A stretch of 64,000 nucleotides of DNA from the human T2T-CHM13v2.0 reference genome, Homo sapiens. Position numbers and translations under genes: made by a program. Positions 12,201 to 25,100 of this stretch are shown here, in pieces (positions within the stretch are counted from its first letter, which is position 1; every line of letters begins with the position of its first letter). The notes under the pieces were generated by a model, which did not search any database, had not been told where the DNA came from, and saw only the letters and a list, made by a program, of their open reading frames with translations. The stretch lies in assembly GCF_009914755.1 (NCBI RefSeq), contig NC_060938.1, one strand, 5' to 3'.

Positions 12201-13270
12201 GAGGGTAGCAAGGGCAGTTTCACTGCGGAGGCAATGGCAGAGAGAATTTCGTTTGCTCCTGGAAGCTCTGTCCAGGGAATTGCTGAGTTGCTACTGGCTG
12301 GATAGCTCTGATGGTGGACTGGCTGGAGACCCAGGTCAGTAGGACCTGCCCATCAAGTAGACTGTCTGGCCACTTTTCTGTCAGGCTGCTGTGGTATGCT
12401 GGGGGTCCCCTCCAGTCCCTAACTGCCTTGTATTTTCCAGGGAAGATGATAGCCTGCCCCTTCCTCTGGGAGCTCTGTGCCACTGAGGTATGAACTTGTT
12501 GCCAGTATGAACACACCTATAAGATGTGACTGGAGACAAGTTGAGAAGTCTTATCTAGTCAGGAGGAACAAAAACAGGCACTGAGTTAAAAAAAAAAAAG
12601 TCTGGGCATGTTTTTCTAGAGCAGCTGTGCTATGCCGGGTGTTCCCTTCCACTCCTGGTTGCCTCAGACACTCTGAAGCCCTAATGCTGAAATGGCTGAG
12701 TTGCCCCAACAGCAAAGACAACAGTCTGGTCCTCCCCCTGGGAGCTCTGACTCAGGGAGGCCTGAAACCTCTGTCGGCCAGAGAACAGCAGTGAAGGCAG
12801 CTGGAGACCCTGGTTGAAAGGCTTCACCTGCTGATTAGAAATGTGGTCGGGGACTGACTTAAACAAGAGTCTGGCCACGTTTTTGTAGTGTGGCCGTGCT
12901 GCGCTGAGGTTCCTCTTCCACCCCTTGTCACCTTGGGCTTTCCAAAGCCCGCAAACCAGAACGGCTAGTCACCCAAACAGCAAAGGTGGTGGCCTGCCCC
13001 TCTCTCTGGGAGCTCTGTCCCGTGAACACTTCAAATTTCTATTGGCCAAGGAATGCTGGTGGCGGTAGCTGGAGGCCCCATTTGGGAGGTCCTGTACAGT
13101 GATGTGCAACAGGGTCGGGGGCCTGCTTACAGAAGCATTCTGGCCATGATTTGGTAAAGCAGCTATGCTGTGCTGTGGGATCTCTTCTGCCCCTTGTCGG
13201 TTTATACTCTCCAAAGCCCTCAGGCTGGAATGACTAAGTTGCCTGAACCGGAAAGATGGCGGCCTGCCCC
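9231..13270 (-). mobile_element. Old primate L1 5' half (monomer-bearing 5'UTR and decayed ORF1), rearranged
   Basis: ORF1 remnants SRIDQAEERIPELENWLSEIKQADK and KMRKNLCENTENSKSQHAFFPPND on minus; ~270-bp 5'UTR monomers at ~12440, 12715, 12980 and 13250. Confidence 0.85.
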
Positions 13271-13643
13271 ATCTATTCTCTCAGAGTTCATCTTGTTTGA
13301 TGGAGTTTAATTTTTAGCCTATTAATTTTACTGTCTACATTAGACTTGTTCGGAAAGAATCTGCTATATTTTAGGTTAGATATATGAGAATTCATTGTTT
13401 TCTGTAAATAAACCTGTTCATGTCTTGTTCTCTGGAAAGAAATCTCTTTCAACTATCTGACTTTGGTCACAGTCATGTAGAGCAGTATCCAGTCTATAAT
13501 GACAATTGAATTTCCATTTCCAGTGTTTTGTTTTTGTGTCTTACATTGTACAGTTCAGAAATGAGCATTTTATTCCCAATTGTCAAAATGCTAAGCTGTC
13601 CACTGTACTGAAATACTGTTTTTGTTAATGCTTCGTCATTCAA

Positions 13644-14048
13644 TTTTTTTTAAGGTGAACACTTTTATCCAACTTTTCTCAAGTCAGAGTACAGGTAAGC
13701 CCTGGCTGCCTCGAACCACTCTCAGGGAGACCAAAACCCTTCATACATTCCAAGTTGGGATACAAAAAAGTGGGGCCATGAAGGCTAGTCATTCAAAATA
13801 AAACAAAATTTAAAAGTATTAAGGCAAAGATTTAAAAAAATTTGCATTATGTAATTTACACAAAAGCAATGCTATCGCCTACCATGTGTGAACTCGGGAG
13901 AGGACTGGGCCATTCTCCTTAGAGAGAAGTAGGGTGGCTTTTAGGAGGGCAAGGGACTTCCTGAAACAGTGCATCTCACAATATTTGGAATGACTATTGA
14001 AAAGAAGAACATTGTACAATCAAAGTCCTTGGCAACATTGTAGAACTA
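13644..14048 (-). pseudogene. ACTBP: Beta-actin (ACTB) retrocopy consisting only of the distal 3'UTR
   Basis: Reverse complement matches recalled ACTB 3'UTR: GGACTTTGATTG..AATAGTCATTCCAAAT..CAGGAAGTCCCTTGCC..CTCTAAGGAGAATGGCCCAGTCCTCTCCC..GGCAGCCAGGGCTTACCTGTAC..TGACTTGAGA, ending in a short A tract. Confidence 0.93.
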
Positions 14049-14231
14049 GCGGGTGCTGACCCCTGAGCCACAACCACAGTTCTGGGTTTGGGGTTTGGTA
14101 AAACCACCCCAAGGACAGAGTTCTGGGGCCGGGTTTTGGAGGAACCAAGACGCCTCCCAGGGATGGTGTGTCACTCCTGCTTGCCATGAAATGTGCACAC
14201 AGTCTGTCCCCCTGCCCATCCCATCCTGCTG

Positions 14232-15193
14232 GACAGGATGGAGGAAGTGAGGGAACAGGCAGGGTGGACAGCTGGAATTCAGGGAGAGGCAGGTGCATGC
14301 TGGGAGGTCAGGACCTGTGAGGGCTGTGGGGGCATCAGGTGGAGTGGGCTCCAGGTGCACCCTCAGTGCACAGGGCAGGTCTCAGGCCAGGCTCCCTGGA
14401 CCCCGGCTGGGTGATGTGGTCACTCCCTGGGGGACTGCTGTCAGACCCTGGCCACCCTCCCTGGGCAGCACCGTCCCATCCCAGAACTGGACTTTCTGAG
14501 TCCTAAAACAGGACAGTGCTGCCCAGGCCTGACAGACTGGGAGGACCTGTGAAGTCCTCCATCCCTAGACCAGCCTCCCAACAGCAGGGACAGTCTCCTA
14601 CCTTTACCTTCAGGGCACTGACTGGTACATCTCATTCTAAGGCAACCAAGGCAGAGCTGAGGACCTGTGCCAGGCTGGGAGCCAGTCCTCTCCCTAAATG
14701 GGCCTTAGGGAAGCCTCATGCCTGTCCCAGTGCACTGCAAGTTTCAGCCCAGGATACACATAGGGAAGTGAGGACGGGGCCTCCCCACTGGCTGACCCTG
14801 GAAAAGTGGGACCTGGGAGAAGAGGGAGTGCAGGGCTGGCAGGGGATGCTCCAGGCCCATGGAGAGCTCAGGCTGCACCAAGGGGCTTCCCCTCCTGTGC
14901 TGGAGGCTGTGCCCTCTGCAGTATCTGAGGAAGTCCAGTCCTGAGATGGGACAGTGCTACCCAGAGTGGGTGTCCAGCACCTGACAACAGTCTCCCAGCA
15001 AGTGACCACATCACCCGACCAAGGTCCAGGGAGCCTGGGCCAAGACCTGCCCAGTGCGCTGAGGGTGCACCTGGAGCCCACACCACCTGACGCCCCCACA
15101 ACCCTCATAGGGTCTGACCTCCCAGCATGCACCTGCCTCTCCCTGAAACCAAGCTGCCCACCCTGCCTGTTCCCTGGCCTCCTCCATCCTGTG
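14232..15193. repeat. Inverted repeat, ~270-bp arms (14232-14500 and 14925-15193); part of the right arm is also duplicated at 325-450
   Basis: Opposite-strand ORFs give near-identical peptides: HAGRSGPVRAVGASGGVGSRCTLSA versus HAGRSDPMRVVGASGGVGSRCTLSA. Confidence 0.9.
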
Positions 15194-15404
15194 CAGACCA
15201 TAGACTGTGACTATCTCTCCGACCACTCTGGCCCTTCCTTTACCTTTGTCCTGTCAGAATCTCTGAGCAAGATCTCCCAGGTCCATCCAAACACCTGCTT
15301 TGTCCACTTTTGACTGGGCCATTGAACACCACTGGGCCACCCCAGCTGTCCACAGGCTCCTCGATAACATGCATTTCCCCTGACATCTCCCAGCAGTACT
15401 CAGC

Positions 15405-16190
15405 AGCCCCCACTGACCAGGTCCCTGGTGACCAGTTCCAGCATATCACTTCCTCCCTGACCACACCCTCACTGATTAGAGCCCCATCACCAGGCCTCAC
15501 TAACTAGATTCCCGCTGCCAGGCCCACAATGACCAGGACTCCACTGACGAGGACCTTACTGACAAGGCCTCACTGGCAAGGCCTCACTGGCAAGGCCTCA
15601 CTGACGAGGTCCTTACAGACAAGGCCTCACTGATCAGGTTCCACCGATCATGACCCCATTGTCTGGTCCCACAGATGAAGCCCCACTGGCCAGGCCTGCA
15701 GGGAATAGGCAGCCAGTGACCAGGCCCCTGCTAACCAGGACTGAGGTGACAAGATGCTCCTGACTGGGACCCTAATGACTACGCCCCACTGAACAGGCAC
15801 GCACTGCTCAGATCCCCGCTGACCAGGTCACCCCGTAGACCAGTGCTACAAAAGCCACCAATGATCAAGTCCTCTCTGACCAGGCCCCCACTGATTAAGT
15901 TCCAAGGACCAGCCTGCCCTGACCAGGGCCCCACTGACAAGCGTCTCTGCTGACTAGGTCCCAAGGTCTCCACTGACCAAGTCCCACAGCCCAGGTTGGC
16001 ACTGACCAGACACCAAACATTTGTCTACCACTATCAACCCACTCACCAAGGCATGCACTACTAGATCCCTCTAATGAGACCCACTCTAAGCAGACCCCTG
16101 CTGACCACCCCCCACTAAATAGGCCTCACTGACAAGTCCCAACTGACTAGGTCCCCTGAGCAGGCCCACACTGATCAGGCCCCTCCTAAC
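15405..16190. repeat. CCACTGACCAGG minisatellite (array 2), colinear paralog of array 1
   Basis: Same motif and shared landmarks (GATCCCCGCTGACCAGGTCACC; CACACTGATCAGGCCCCTCCTAACC). Confidence 0.85.
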
Positions 16191-16194
16191 CATA

Positions 16195-19100
16195 TCAGAA
16201 GACCAAGAGGCAATGAGATGTTTCATATGGCAGGAGTAGGAGCAAGACAGAGAGGGGAAAGAGGCGTGACATCCTGTTAGACAACCAGATCACATGAGAA
16301 CTCACTATCAGGAGATCAGCATCAAGAAGACTAACCAATGGTGAAGGATTCTCCAACCACACCACCGCCCACTGCTTCCAGGCAGAAGCCTCCTGCAGAG
16401 GCAGAACCTCTTATGAAACTTCCACTATGGCAGTGCAGAAGGAAAATATAGGCTTTGAGCCCCCACACAAGAGGCCACGATCCTCCAGACTCCAGATTAA
16501 TAAGCCCACCAACAGCTCACACTCTGAGTATGGAAAAGCTACAGGCACTCAACACCAACCCAGCCCATGAGAGCAGCCATGGGGGCTACACCCTGCAAAG
16601 CCACAGGTGCACTCTCCTAGTAGAGGTTTCCCATGAGCCTCTGCCTCTGCAGCAGGTTACTCCCACCCTCCCACCACCCTACTGACAACCTACTCCTCCC
16701 CACACTATCCCTCCTTTTCCTTCCACCCCAACCCCCTCCCATCCAAGATTAAGTCACCTCCCACCTGGCCCACCTCCAACATTAAGGATGACACGTGAGT
16801 TTTATAGGGACACACAGCCAACCCATATTATTCTGACCCTGATTCCCCAGAACCTCATGTCCTTCTCACAGAGCAAAACACAATCATGCCTTTTCAAAAG
16901 TTTCCAAAAGTCTTAACTCATTCCGAATGTAAAAATTTCAAAATCTCATCTGAGACAAGGTTACAGTCCCTTCTGCCAATGAGTCCCTGAATTTAAAAGG
17001 GATTTCTTTTCCTTCAAGGTAGAACAGGCATTGGGTAAGGTTTCTCAATCCAAAGGGAAGAAGTTGCCCAGAAAAATAACACAAATGCAAGTCCAAAACC
17101 CAGCAGGACAGTATTCACTCAATCTCACAGCTCCAAAATCATCAAGAGGACTCACTGTCGTGCGGACAGCATTAAGGAGATAGTGTTTACTCATTTGTGA
17201 AGAATCTGCCCCCCACCTTCACCTTTCACTCCCACCCACAAAATAATCTCTCCCATTCTCCCCACACCCCTACCTCCAACACCCACTCTTCTCCATGATT
17301 AAATCACCTCCCACCAGTTCCCACCTTTAACATTCCCCACTACAATTCCACATGAGCATGGGTAGGGACACAGAATCAAATTATATTATTCTGGCTCTTG
17401 CTCCCCAAATCTTGTATCCTTGTCACACTGCAAAATACACTGATGACTTCTCTACTGTCCCCCAATGACTTAACTCATTCCAGCATTTACTGAAATGTAC
17501 AAGGACTTACAGACCCCATGCAAGTCAAAAACCCAGCAGGCCAGTCATTGAATCCTGCAGCTCCAAATCATCTTTTCTGAATCTACATCTCACATCTAGA
17601 GCACAGGTGTGTGATGCCTGGGCTTCCAAGGCCTTGGGCAGCTCTACACCTGTGGCTGTGCAGGGTCTATACCCCACAGCTGCCCTCATGGGCTGGGCTG
17701 ATGTTGAGTGCCTGTAGCATTTCCATACTAAGGGTGCCAGCTGTTGGTGAGTCTATGAATCTGGAGTCTGGAGAATGGTGCCTCCATATTTAGGGACTCC
17801 AGCCCTAAATTCTCCTTCGGTACTGCCCTAGTAAAAGTTTCCCATGAGGCTCTGCCTCTTGGAAAAGATTTTGTGTGAACACCCAGGTTTTTCCGTACAT
17901 ACTCTGGAGTCTAGACAAAGGCTTGCAAGCTTCTAGTTTTGTGCTGTGTGCAGCTGCTGGCTTAACACTATGTGGAAGCCACCAAGCCTTGAAGCTTGCA
18001 CCCCTGAAGCAGTGATGCAAGCTGTACCTGTGCATCTTTCAGCCAAGGCTGGAGCTGGAGCTTCAGGAATGCAGCCAGCAGTGTCCTGAGGTTGGACATA
18101 GCAGTGGGGCCATGGGGCTGGAGAAGGAAACCATTCTTTTCTCCCAGGCCTCAGGGCCTGTGATAGCAAGGGCTGCTGCAAAAGTCTCTGAAATGCCTTC
18201 AAGACCTTTTTAACATTGTATTGGCTATTAGCACTGAACTCCTTTTTATGCACATTTCTGAAGACTTTTTGAACTTTCCCACTGATAATCAGCTTTTCTT
18301 TTTGGCCACTTGGCCAGGCTTCAAATTATCCAAACTTTTAAGCTCTCCTTCTCATTTAAATACAAGTTTCACCTTGAGGTCATTTCTTTGGTCACATATA
18401 GGACCACAGGCTGTTCGACACAGACAGGAAACCTCTTAAGCTTTGCTGCCTAAAATTTCATTCCACCAAATACACTCTAAATTATCACCCTGATGTTCAA
18501 AATTTCACAGGTCTCCAGGTTAGGGGCATTGTGCAGCAACAATCTTTGCTAAGAAAAAAACAAAAGTGACCTTGACTCTTGTTCCCAGCAAGCTCCTCAT
18601 TTTCATGTGAGACCTTCTAAGCCTGGTGATCACTGTCCATCCTTCTGTCACCTTTTTAATTATAACTATTTAACAAGTCTCTACACTGTTCCAAACTTTT
18701 CCTCATCTTCCTGTCTTCTTCCAAGACCTCCAAACTCTCCAACCTCTGGCCATTACACACTTCTCAACCTGCTTCTACATTTTCAGCTACGTTTGTCACA
18801 GCCTGGCAATGTGGTAAAAGAAGAAAAGTCTATTTCAGGAGAAAAATTAATGCAGGCTTCAGACATTTGCCTGAAAAGAAGCTGAGTGCTGATTGCCAAG
18901 AGAATAGGAAAAAGGCCTTGAAGGCATTTCATAGTTCCACTTTATAGCATTATTTTTCTGTATAATCAGAAAGAAAAGAGGTTGAACTGGCTCATGGTTC
19001 TACAAGCTTTAAATAAATCATAGAGGCTTCTGCTTCTGGGAGGACTCAGGAAGCCTCCCAATCATACCAGAAGACCAAGCAGCAATGGGATGTTTTATAT

Positions 19101-22100
19101 GGCAGAAGTAGAAACAAAACAGAGAGAGGAAAAAGGTGCCACGCGTTGTATAACCCTGTTATACAACCAGATTTCCTGAGAACTCACTATCACAAGGTCA
19201 GTATCAAGAAGATGTTGCTTAACCATTGGTGAAAGTTCTGCCCCCTACCACCCACACCCCTCACTGTTTCCGGGCAGAAGCCTGAGGAAGAGGCAGAGCC
19301 ACTAGGAAAACCTCTAATAGGGCAGAGCAGAAAAAGTATATGGGCTTGGAGGCCCCACACAGGAGGTTACCATCCTCAGACCCCAGATTCATAGACTCAC
19401 CAACAGCTTGCACTCTCAGTATGGAAAAGCTACAGGCACTCAAGCAACAGCCCAGCCTATGAGGGCAGCCATGGGGGCTACACCCTGCAAAGCCATAGGT
19501 GCACTGCCCTGGTGGAGGTTTTCCTTGAGGCTTTGCCTCTGCAGCAGGCTACTCCCCCTTACTACTGCCCACGAAACTCTCACCACCCTACTGCCAGCCT
19601 ACTCCTCCCCATCCTACCCATTTGTTTTCCCTTCCACCCCTACCAACCTCCTGTTTGTGATTAAATCACCTCCCACCAGGCCCAACCTACAACTGTCAGG
19701 AATACAATTCCCCATGAGTTTTTGTAGGGAAACACAGCCAAACCATATTATCCTGACCCTGACACCCCCACATCTCATGTCCTTCTCACACAGAAAAATA
19801 CAAACATGCCTTTTCAAAAGTTTCAAAAAGTCTTAACTCATTCCAGCAGTAACTCAAATGTAGTAAGTTCAAGTCTCATCCAAGACAAGGCTGCAATCCC
19901 TTCTGCCTATGAGTCCCTGAATGTAAAAAAAAATTCTTTTCTTTCAAGTTACAATGATGGCACAGGCATTGGGTAGGCTTTCTTAAACCAAAGGGAAGGT
20001 TTTCCCAGAAAAATAACACAAATGGGACACAGGCCCAATCCGACTCCAAAACCCAGCAGGACAGCATTCATTTATCACGAGAACTCACTATCACACAGAC
20101 TGCATTAAGGAGATAGTATTTAAACATTTGTGAAGGATCTGCCACCCATCCCCATGTTTCACCCTCACCCACACCATGAACCTCCATTCTCCCACATCCC
20201 CCTTCCAACCCCCATTCTCTACCATGATTAAATCACCTTCTACGAAGCCCCACACTTAACATTCCCCATTATAATTCCACATGAGTTTTGGTAGGGACAC
20301 AGAGCCAAATCGTATTATTCTCCTTTGGCCCCCCAATCTCACACCCTTCTCATACTGCAAAATACAATGATGCATTCTCTACAGTCCCCCAATGTCTGAA
20401 CTCATTCCAGCATTTACTCAAATGTCCATTTGTGAAGGATCTACCCCCTACCCCTGCCTTTCACCCCCAACCCCACCACAATCGCCCCCAACCCTCCCCA
20501 CCCCTTAATCCCCCCAACCCTCCCCACCCCCAACCATCTAACCTCCACTCTTCACCATGATTAACTCACCTTCCACCAGCCCCCACCTTTAACATTTCCC
20601 ATTAAAATTCTACATGAGTTTTGGTAGAGACACAGAGCCAAAACATATTATTCTGTCCCTGGTCCCCCAAAGTTCATGTCTTTCTCACATTGCAAAATGC
20701 AATGAGGCCTTCCCTAGAGTCCCCCAAATCTTAACTCATCCCAGCATTTACTCAAATGTCCAAAGGCCAAAGTCTTCTCTGAGACAAGGCTGCCATATCT
20801 TCTGCCCTGAGCCTCTGAAATACAAAGCAAGTTAACCACTTCCAAGTTACAATGATTGTACAGGCATTGGGTAAGCATTCCAAGCCAAAAAGTAGAAATT
20901 TCCCAGAAAGAAGCACAAAACACAGATGGGACTTACAAACCCCCTGCAAGTCAAAAACCCAGCAGGCCAGGCATTCCATCATACAGCTCCAAATCATCTT
21001 TTTGGAATCTATGTCCACATCCAGAGCACAGGGTTTTGTGATGGCTGGGATCCCAAGGCCTTGGGCAGCTCTGCACATGTGGCATTGCAGAATCTTCCCC
21101 CTACAGCTGCCCTCATTGGCTAGGCTGGTGTTGAGTGCCTGTAGCTTTTCAACACTAAGGGTGCAAGCAGCTGGTGGGTCTATGATACTGGGGTCTGGAA
21201 AATGGTGCCTCCCTGTATGGGGACTCCAACCCTATACTTTCCTTTTGTACTGCCCGAGTAGAGGTTTACCATGAGGCTCTGCCTCTTGGAAAAGCTTCTG
21301 GTTAGACACTCAGGATTTCTGATATATCCTCTGGAGTCCAGACCAAGGCTCTGAAGCTTCTAGTCCTGTGCTTTATGCACCTGCTGGCTTAACACTATGT
21401 GGAAGCTACCAAGGCTTGGAGCTTGCATCCTCTGAAGCAGTGACACAAGCTGTACCTGTGCATCTTTCATCCATGGCTGGAGCTGGAAAAGGAGCTGCAG
21501 GGATGCAGGCAGCAGTGTCCTGAGGCTGCACACAGCAGTGGAGCCATGGGGCTGGGCCAGGAAACTATTCTTTTCTCCTAAACCCCAGGGCCAGTGACAG
21601 CAAGGGCTGCTACAAAGTCTCTGAAAAGCCTTCAAGGCCTTTTTCCCATTGTCTTGAATTATTAGCACTGGGCTCCTTTTTAGGCAAATATCTGAAGGCT
21701 TCTTGATTTTCCCCCTGAAAATCAGCTTTTCTTTTTGACCATTTGTCCATATTACAAATTTTCCAAATGTTGAAGCTCTGCTTCTCATTTAAATATAAGT
21801 TCCAACTTATGGTAATTTCTTTCATCACACATAGGAGCACAGGCTGTTCGACGTAGGCCGGACAACTCTTCAGCTTTGCTGCTTAGAAGTTCATTCCACC
21901 AGATACACCCTAAATCATCACCCTAAAGTTCAGTTTCACAGATCTCCAGGGAATGGTCACTGTGTAGCCAATTACTTTGCTAAGGCAAAAGAAAAAAACC
22001 TTGGCTCCTTTTCCCAGTAAGTTCCTCATTTTCATCTGAGACCTTACAAGCCTGGCCTTCAGTGTCCATCCTTCTGTCAGCCTTTTAATCATAACTATTT

Positions 22101-25100
22101 AACAAGTCTCTGCAATGGTCCAAACTTTCCCTCATCTTGCTATCTTCTTCCAAGCTCTCCAAACTCTCTAACCTCTGGCCATTACCCAATTTGGAACCTG
22201 CTTCTACACTGTCAGCTATCTTTGTTGCAGCCTGGCGATATGGTAAAAGAAGAAAAGTCCATTATCAGGGGAAACATCAAGATGGCCTCCAATATTTGCA
22301 TTGAATAAAGCTCAGCGCTAATAGCCAAGAGAATGGGGGAAACGCCTAGAAGTCATTTCATAACTTCACTTCACAGCATTAATTTTCTGTATCTACATAA
22401 AGAAAAGAGGTCTAATTGACTCACAGTTCTTCAGGCTGTAAAGAAAGCATAGTGGTTTCTGCTTGTAGGAGGACTCAGAAAGCCTCCCAATTATACCAGA
22501 AGGCCAAGCGGCAATGAAATATTTCATATGGCAGGAGTAGAAGCAAGACAGAGAGAGGAAAGAGGTGAGACATCCTGTTATACAACTATATCTCATGAGA
22601 GCTCACTATCAGGAGATCAGCATCAAGAAGATTGTGCTTAACTGTTGGTGAAGGATCCGCCCACCTCCCCATATCCACCACCCACTGTTTCCAAGCAGAA
22701 GCCTGAGGCAGAGACAGATCCCCTTGGAAAACCTCTACTAGGGCAGTACAGAAGGAAAATATGGGCTTGGAGCCCCCACGCCACCATCCTCCAGATCCAA
22801 GAGTCATGGACCCACCAACAGCTCACACCCCCAGTATGGAAAAGCTTCAGGTACTCAACACCAGCCCAGCCCATGAGAGCAGCAGCAGGTGCTAAACCCT
22901 GCAAAGCCACAGGTGCAAAACCACAGGTGCACTGCCTTAGTAGAGGTTTTCCATGAGCCTCTGCCTCTGTGGCAGGCTACTCCCTTCCTGCTACACACCA
23001 CCCTACAGCCAGCCTACTCCTCCCCCCCTTACCCACCTGTTTTTACTTCCAACCCCACCCCTCTCCCATCCATGAATAAGTCACCTCTCACCAGTCCCCA
23101 CCTGCAACATTCGGGATTACAATTACATGTGAGTTTAGGTAGGGACACACAGCTAAACCATATTATTCTGACCCTGATCCCCCAATATCATATCCTTCTC
23201 ACAGAGTAAAATACAATCATGCCTTTTCAAAAGTTGCCAAAAGTCTTAAGTCATTTCAGCATTAACTCGAATGTAAAAAGTTCCACGTCTCACCTGAGAA
23301 AAGGCTACAGTCCCTTTTGCCTATAAGTCCCTGAATTTAAAAGGGAGTTCTTTTCTTTCAAGGTACAATGATGGTACAGGCATTGGGTAAGTTTTCTCAA
23401 TCCAAAGGGTAGAGGTTTGCCAGGAAAATAACACAAATGGGATCACAGGGCCAATGCAAGTCCAAAACCCAGGAGACCAGTATCCATTAAATCTCACAGC
23501 TCCAAAACCATCACGAGAACTCACCATCATGAGGAAAGGATTAAGGAGATGGTGTTTAACTATTTGTGAGGGATCATCCCCCCACCCCCACTTTTCACCC
23601 CTCACCCCCAGCATAATCCACCCATCCTCCCCAGTCTCCACCTTCCAACACCCAGTTCCCTCCATGATTAAATCACCTTCCACCTGGCCCCAATTTTAAC
23701 ATTTCTGATTACAATTCCACATGAGTTTCCATAGCGACACACAGCCGAATCTTATTATTCTGTCCCTGCCTCCCCAAATCTCATGTCCTTCTCATTTTGC
23801 AAAATACAGTGATGCCTTACTTACAATTCCCCAAGCCACTATGCTTTTTTTTTTACAGCCTGCAGAACCATCAGCCGATTAAACCCCTTTTTGTTATGAT
23901 CATACAGAAAATTAGTACTGTGAAGTGAAGCTATGAAATGCCTTCAATGACTTTTCCCCATCGTCTTGACTAAGACCTCCAAGGTCTTAACTCATTCCAG
24001 CATTTACTTCAATGTCTGAAGCCCAAAGTCTCATCTGAGACAAAGATGCAGTCCCTTCTGTTCCTGAGCCTCTGAAATACAAAGCAAGTTAACTATTTCC
24101 AAGGTATGATTGTCCAGGCATTGAGTAAGAATTCCCACCCTAAAGGAAGATTTTTGCCAGAGAGAACAACGAAACACAAACGGGACTTACAGGTCCCAGG
24201 AAAATCCAAAACCCAGCAGGCCAGTTACTCAAACCTACAGCTCCAAAGTCATCCTTTTCTAATCCTTGTCCCACATCCAGGGCACAAGGGCATGAGGGCT
24301 GGACTCCCAAGGCCTTGGGCTGGTCTGCACCTGTGGCTTTGCAGTTTTCAGTCCCCACAGCTGCCCTCATGGGCTGTGCTGGTGTTGAGTGCCTGTAGTT
24401 TTTACCCACAGAGTGTACAAAGCTCTTGGTGGGTCTATGAATCTGGGGTCTGCATATGGTGGCCTCCAGTGTGGGGGCTCCAACCCCCTATTTTCCTTCT
24501 GCACTGCCCTAGTAGAGGTTTCCCAGGAGGCTCTCCTTTTTTGGCAGCCTTCTGTCTGGACACCCAGGCATTTTCATACATCTTCCAAAATCTATATGAA
24601 GGCTCTGAAGCCTCTGGGCTAGTGCTCTATGGACTAGCTGGCTTAAGACTATGTGGAAGCCGTGAAGCCTTATAGCTTGTACCCTCTGAAGCAGTGATGC
24701 AATCTGTACCTGTGCATCTTTCAGCCAAGGTCGGAGCAGGTGCTGCGGCTGCTGGGATGCAGGCAGCAGTGTCCTGAGGCTGCACACAGCAGCAGGGCCA
24801 TGGGGCTGGCCCCAGAAACCATTCTTCTCTCCTAGGCCCCAGGGTCTGTGACACCAAGGGCTGCTGCAACCATCTCTGAAATGCCTCCAAGGCTTTTTCC
24901 CCCCATTGTCTTGGCTATTAGCACTGGCCTCCATTTTATGCAAATTTCTGGAGCCTTCATGAATTTTCCCCCTGAAAATCAGCTTTTCTTTTTGACCACT
25001 TGGCCAGGCTGCAAATGCTTCTAAACTTTTGAGCTCTGCTTGTCATTTAAATATAAGTTCCAACTTGAGGTCATTTCCTCGGTCACACATAACCTCGGTC

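Noticed and set aside
24106-24943. 189-aa and 144-aa ORFs in the MST array
   Set aside because: Decayed MST internal sequence; frames are broken in sister units.
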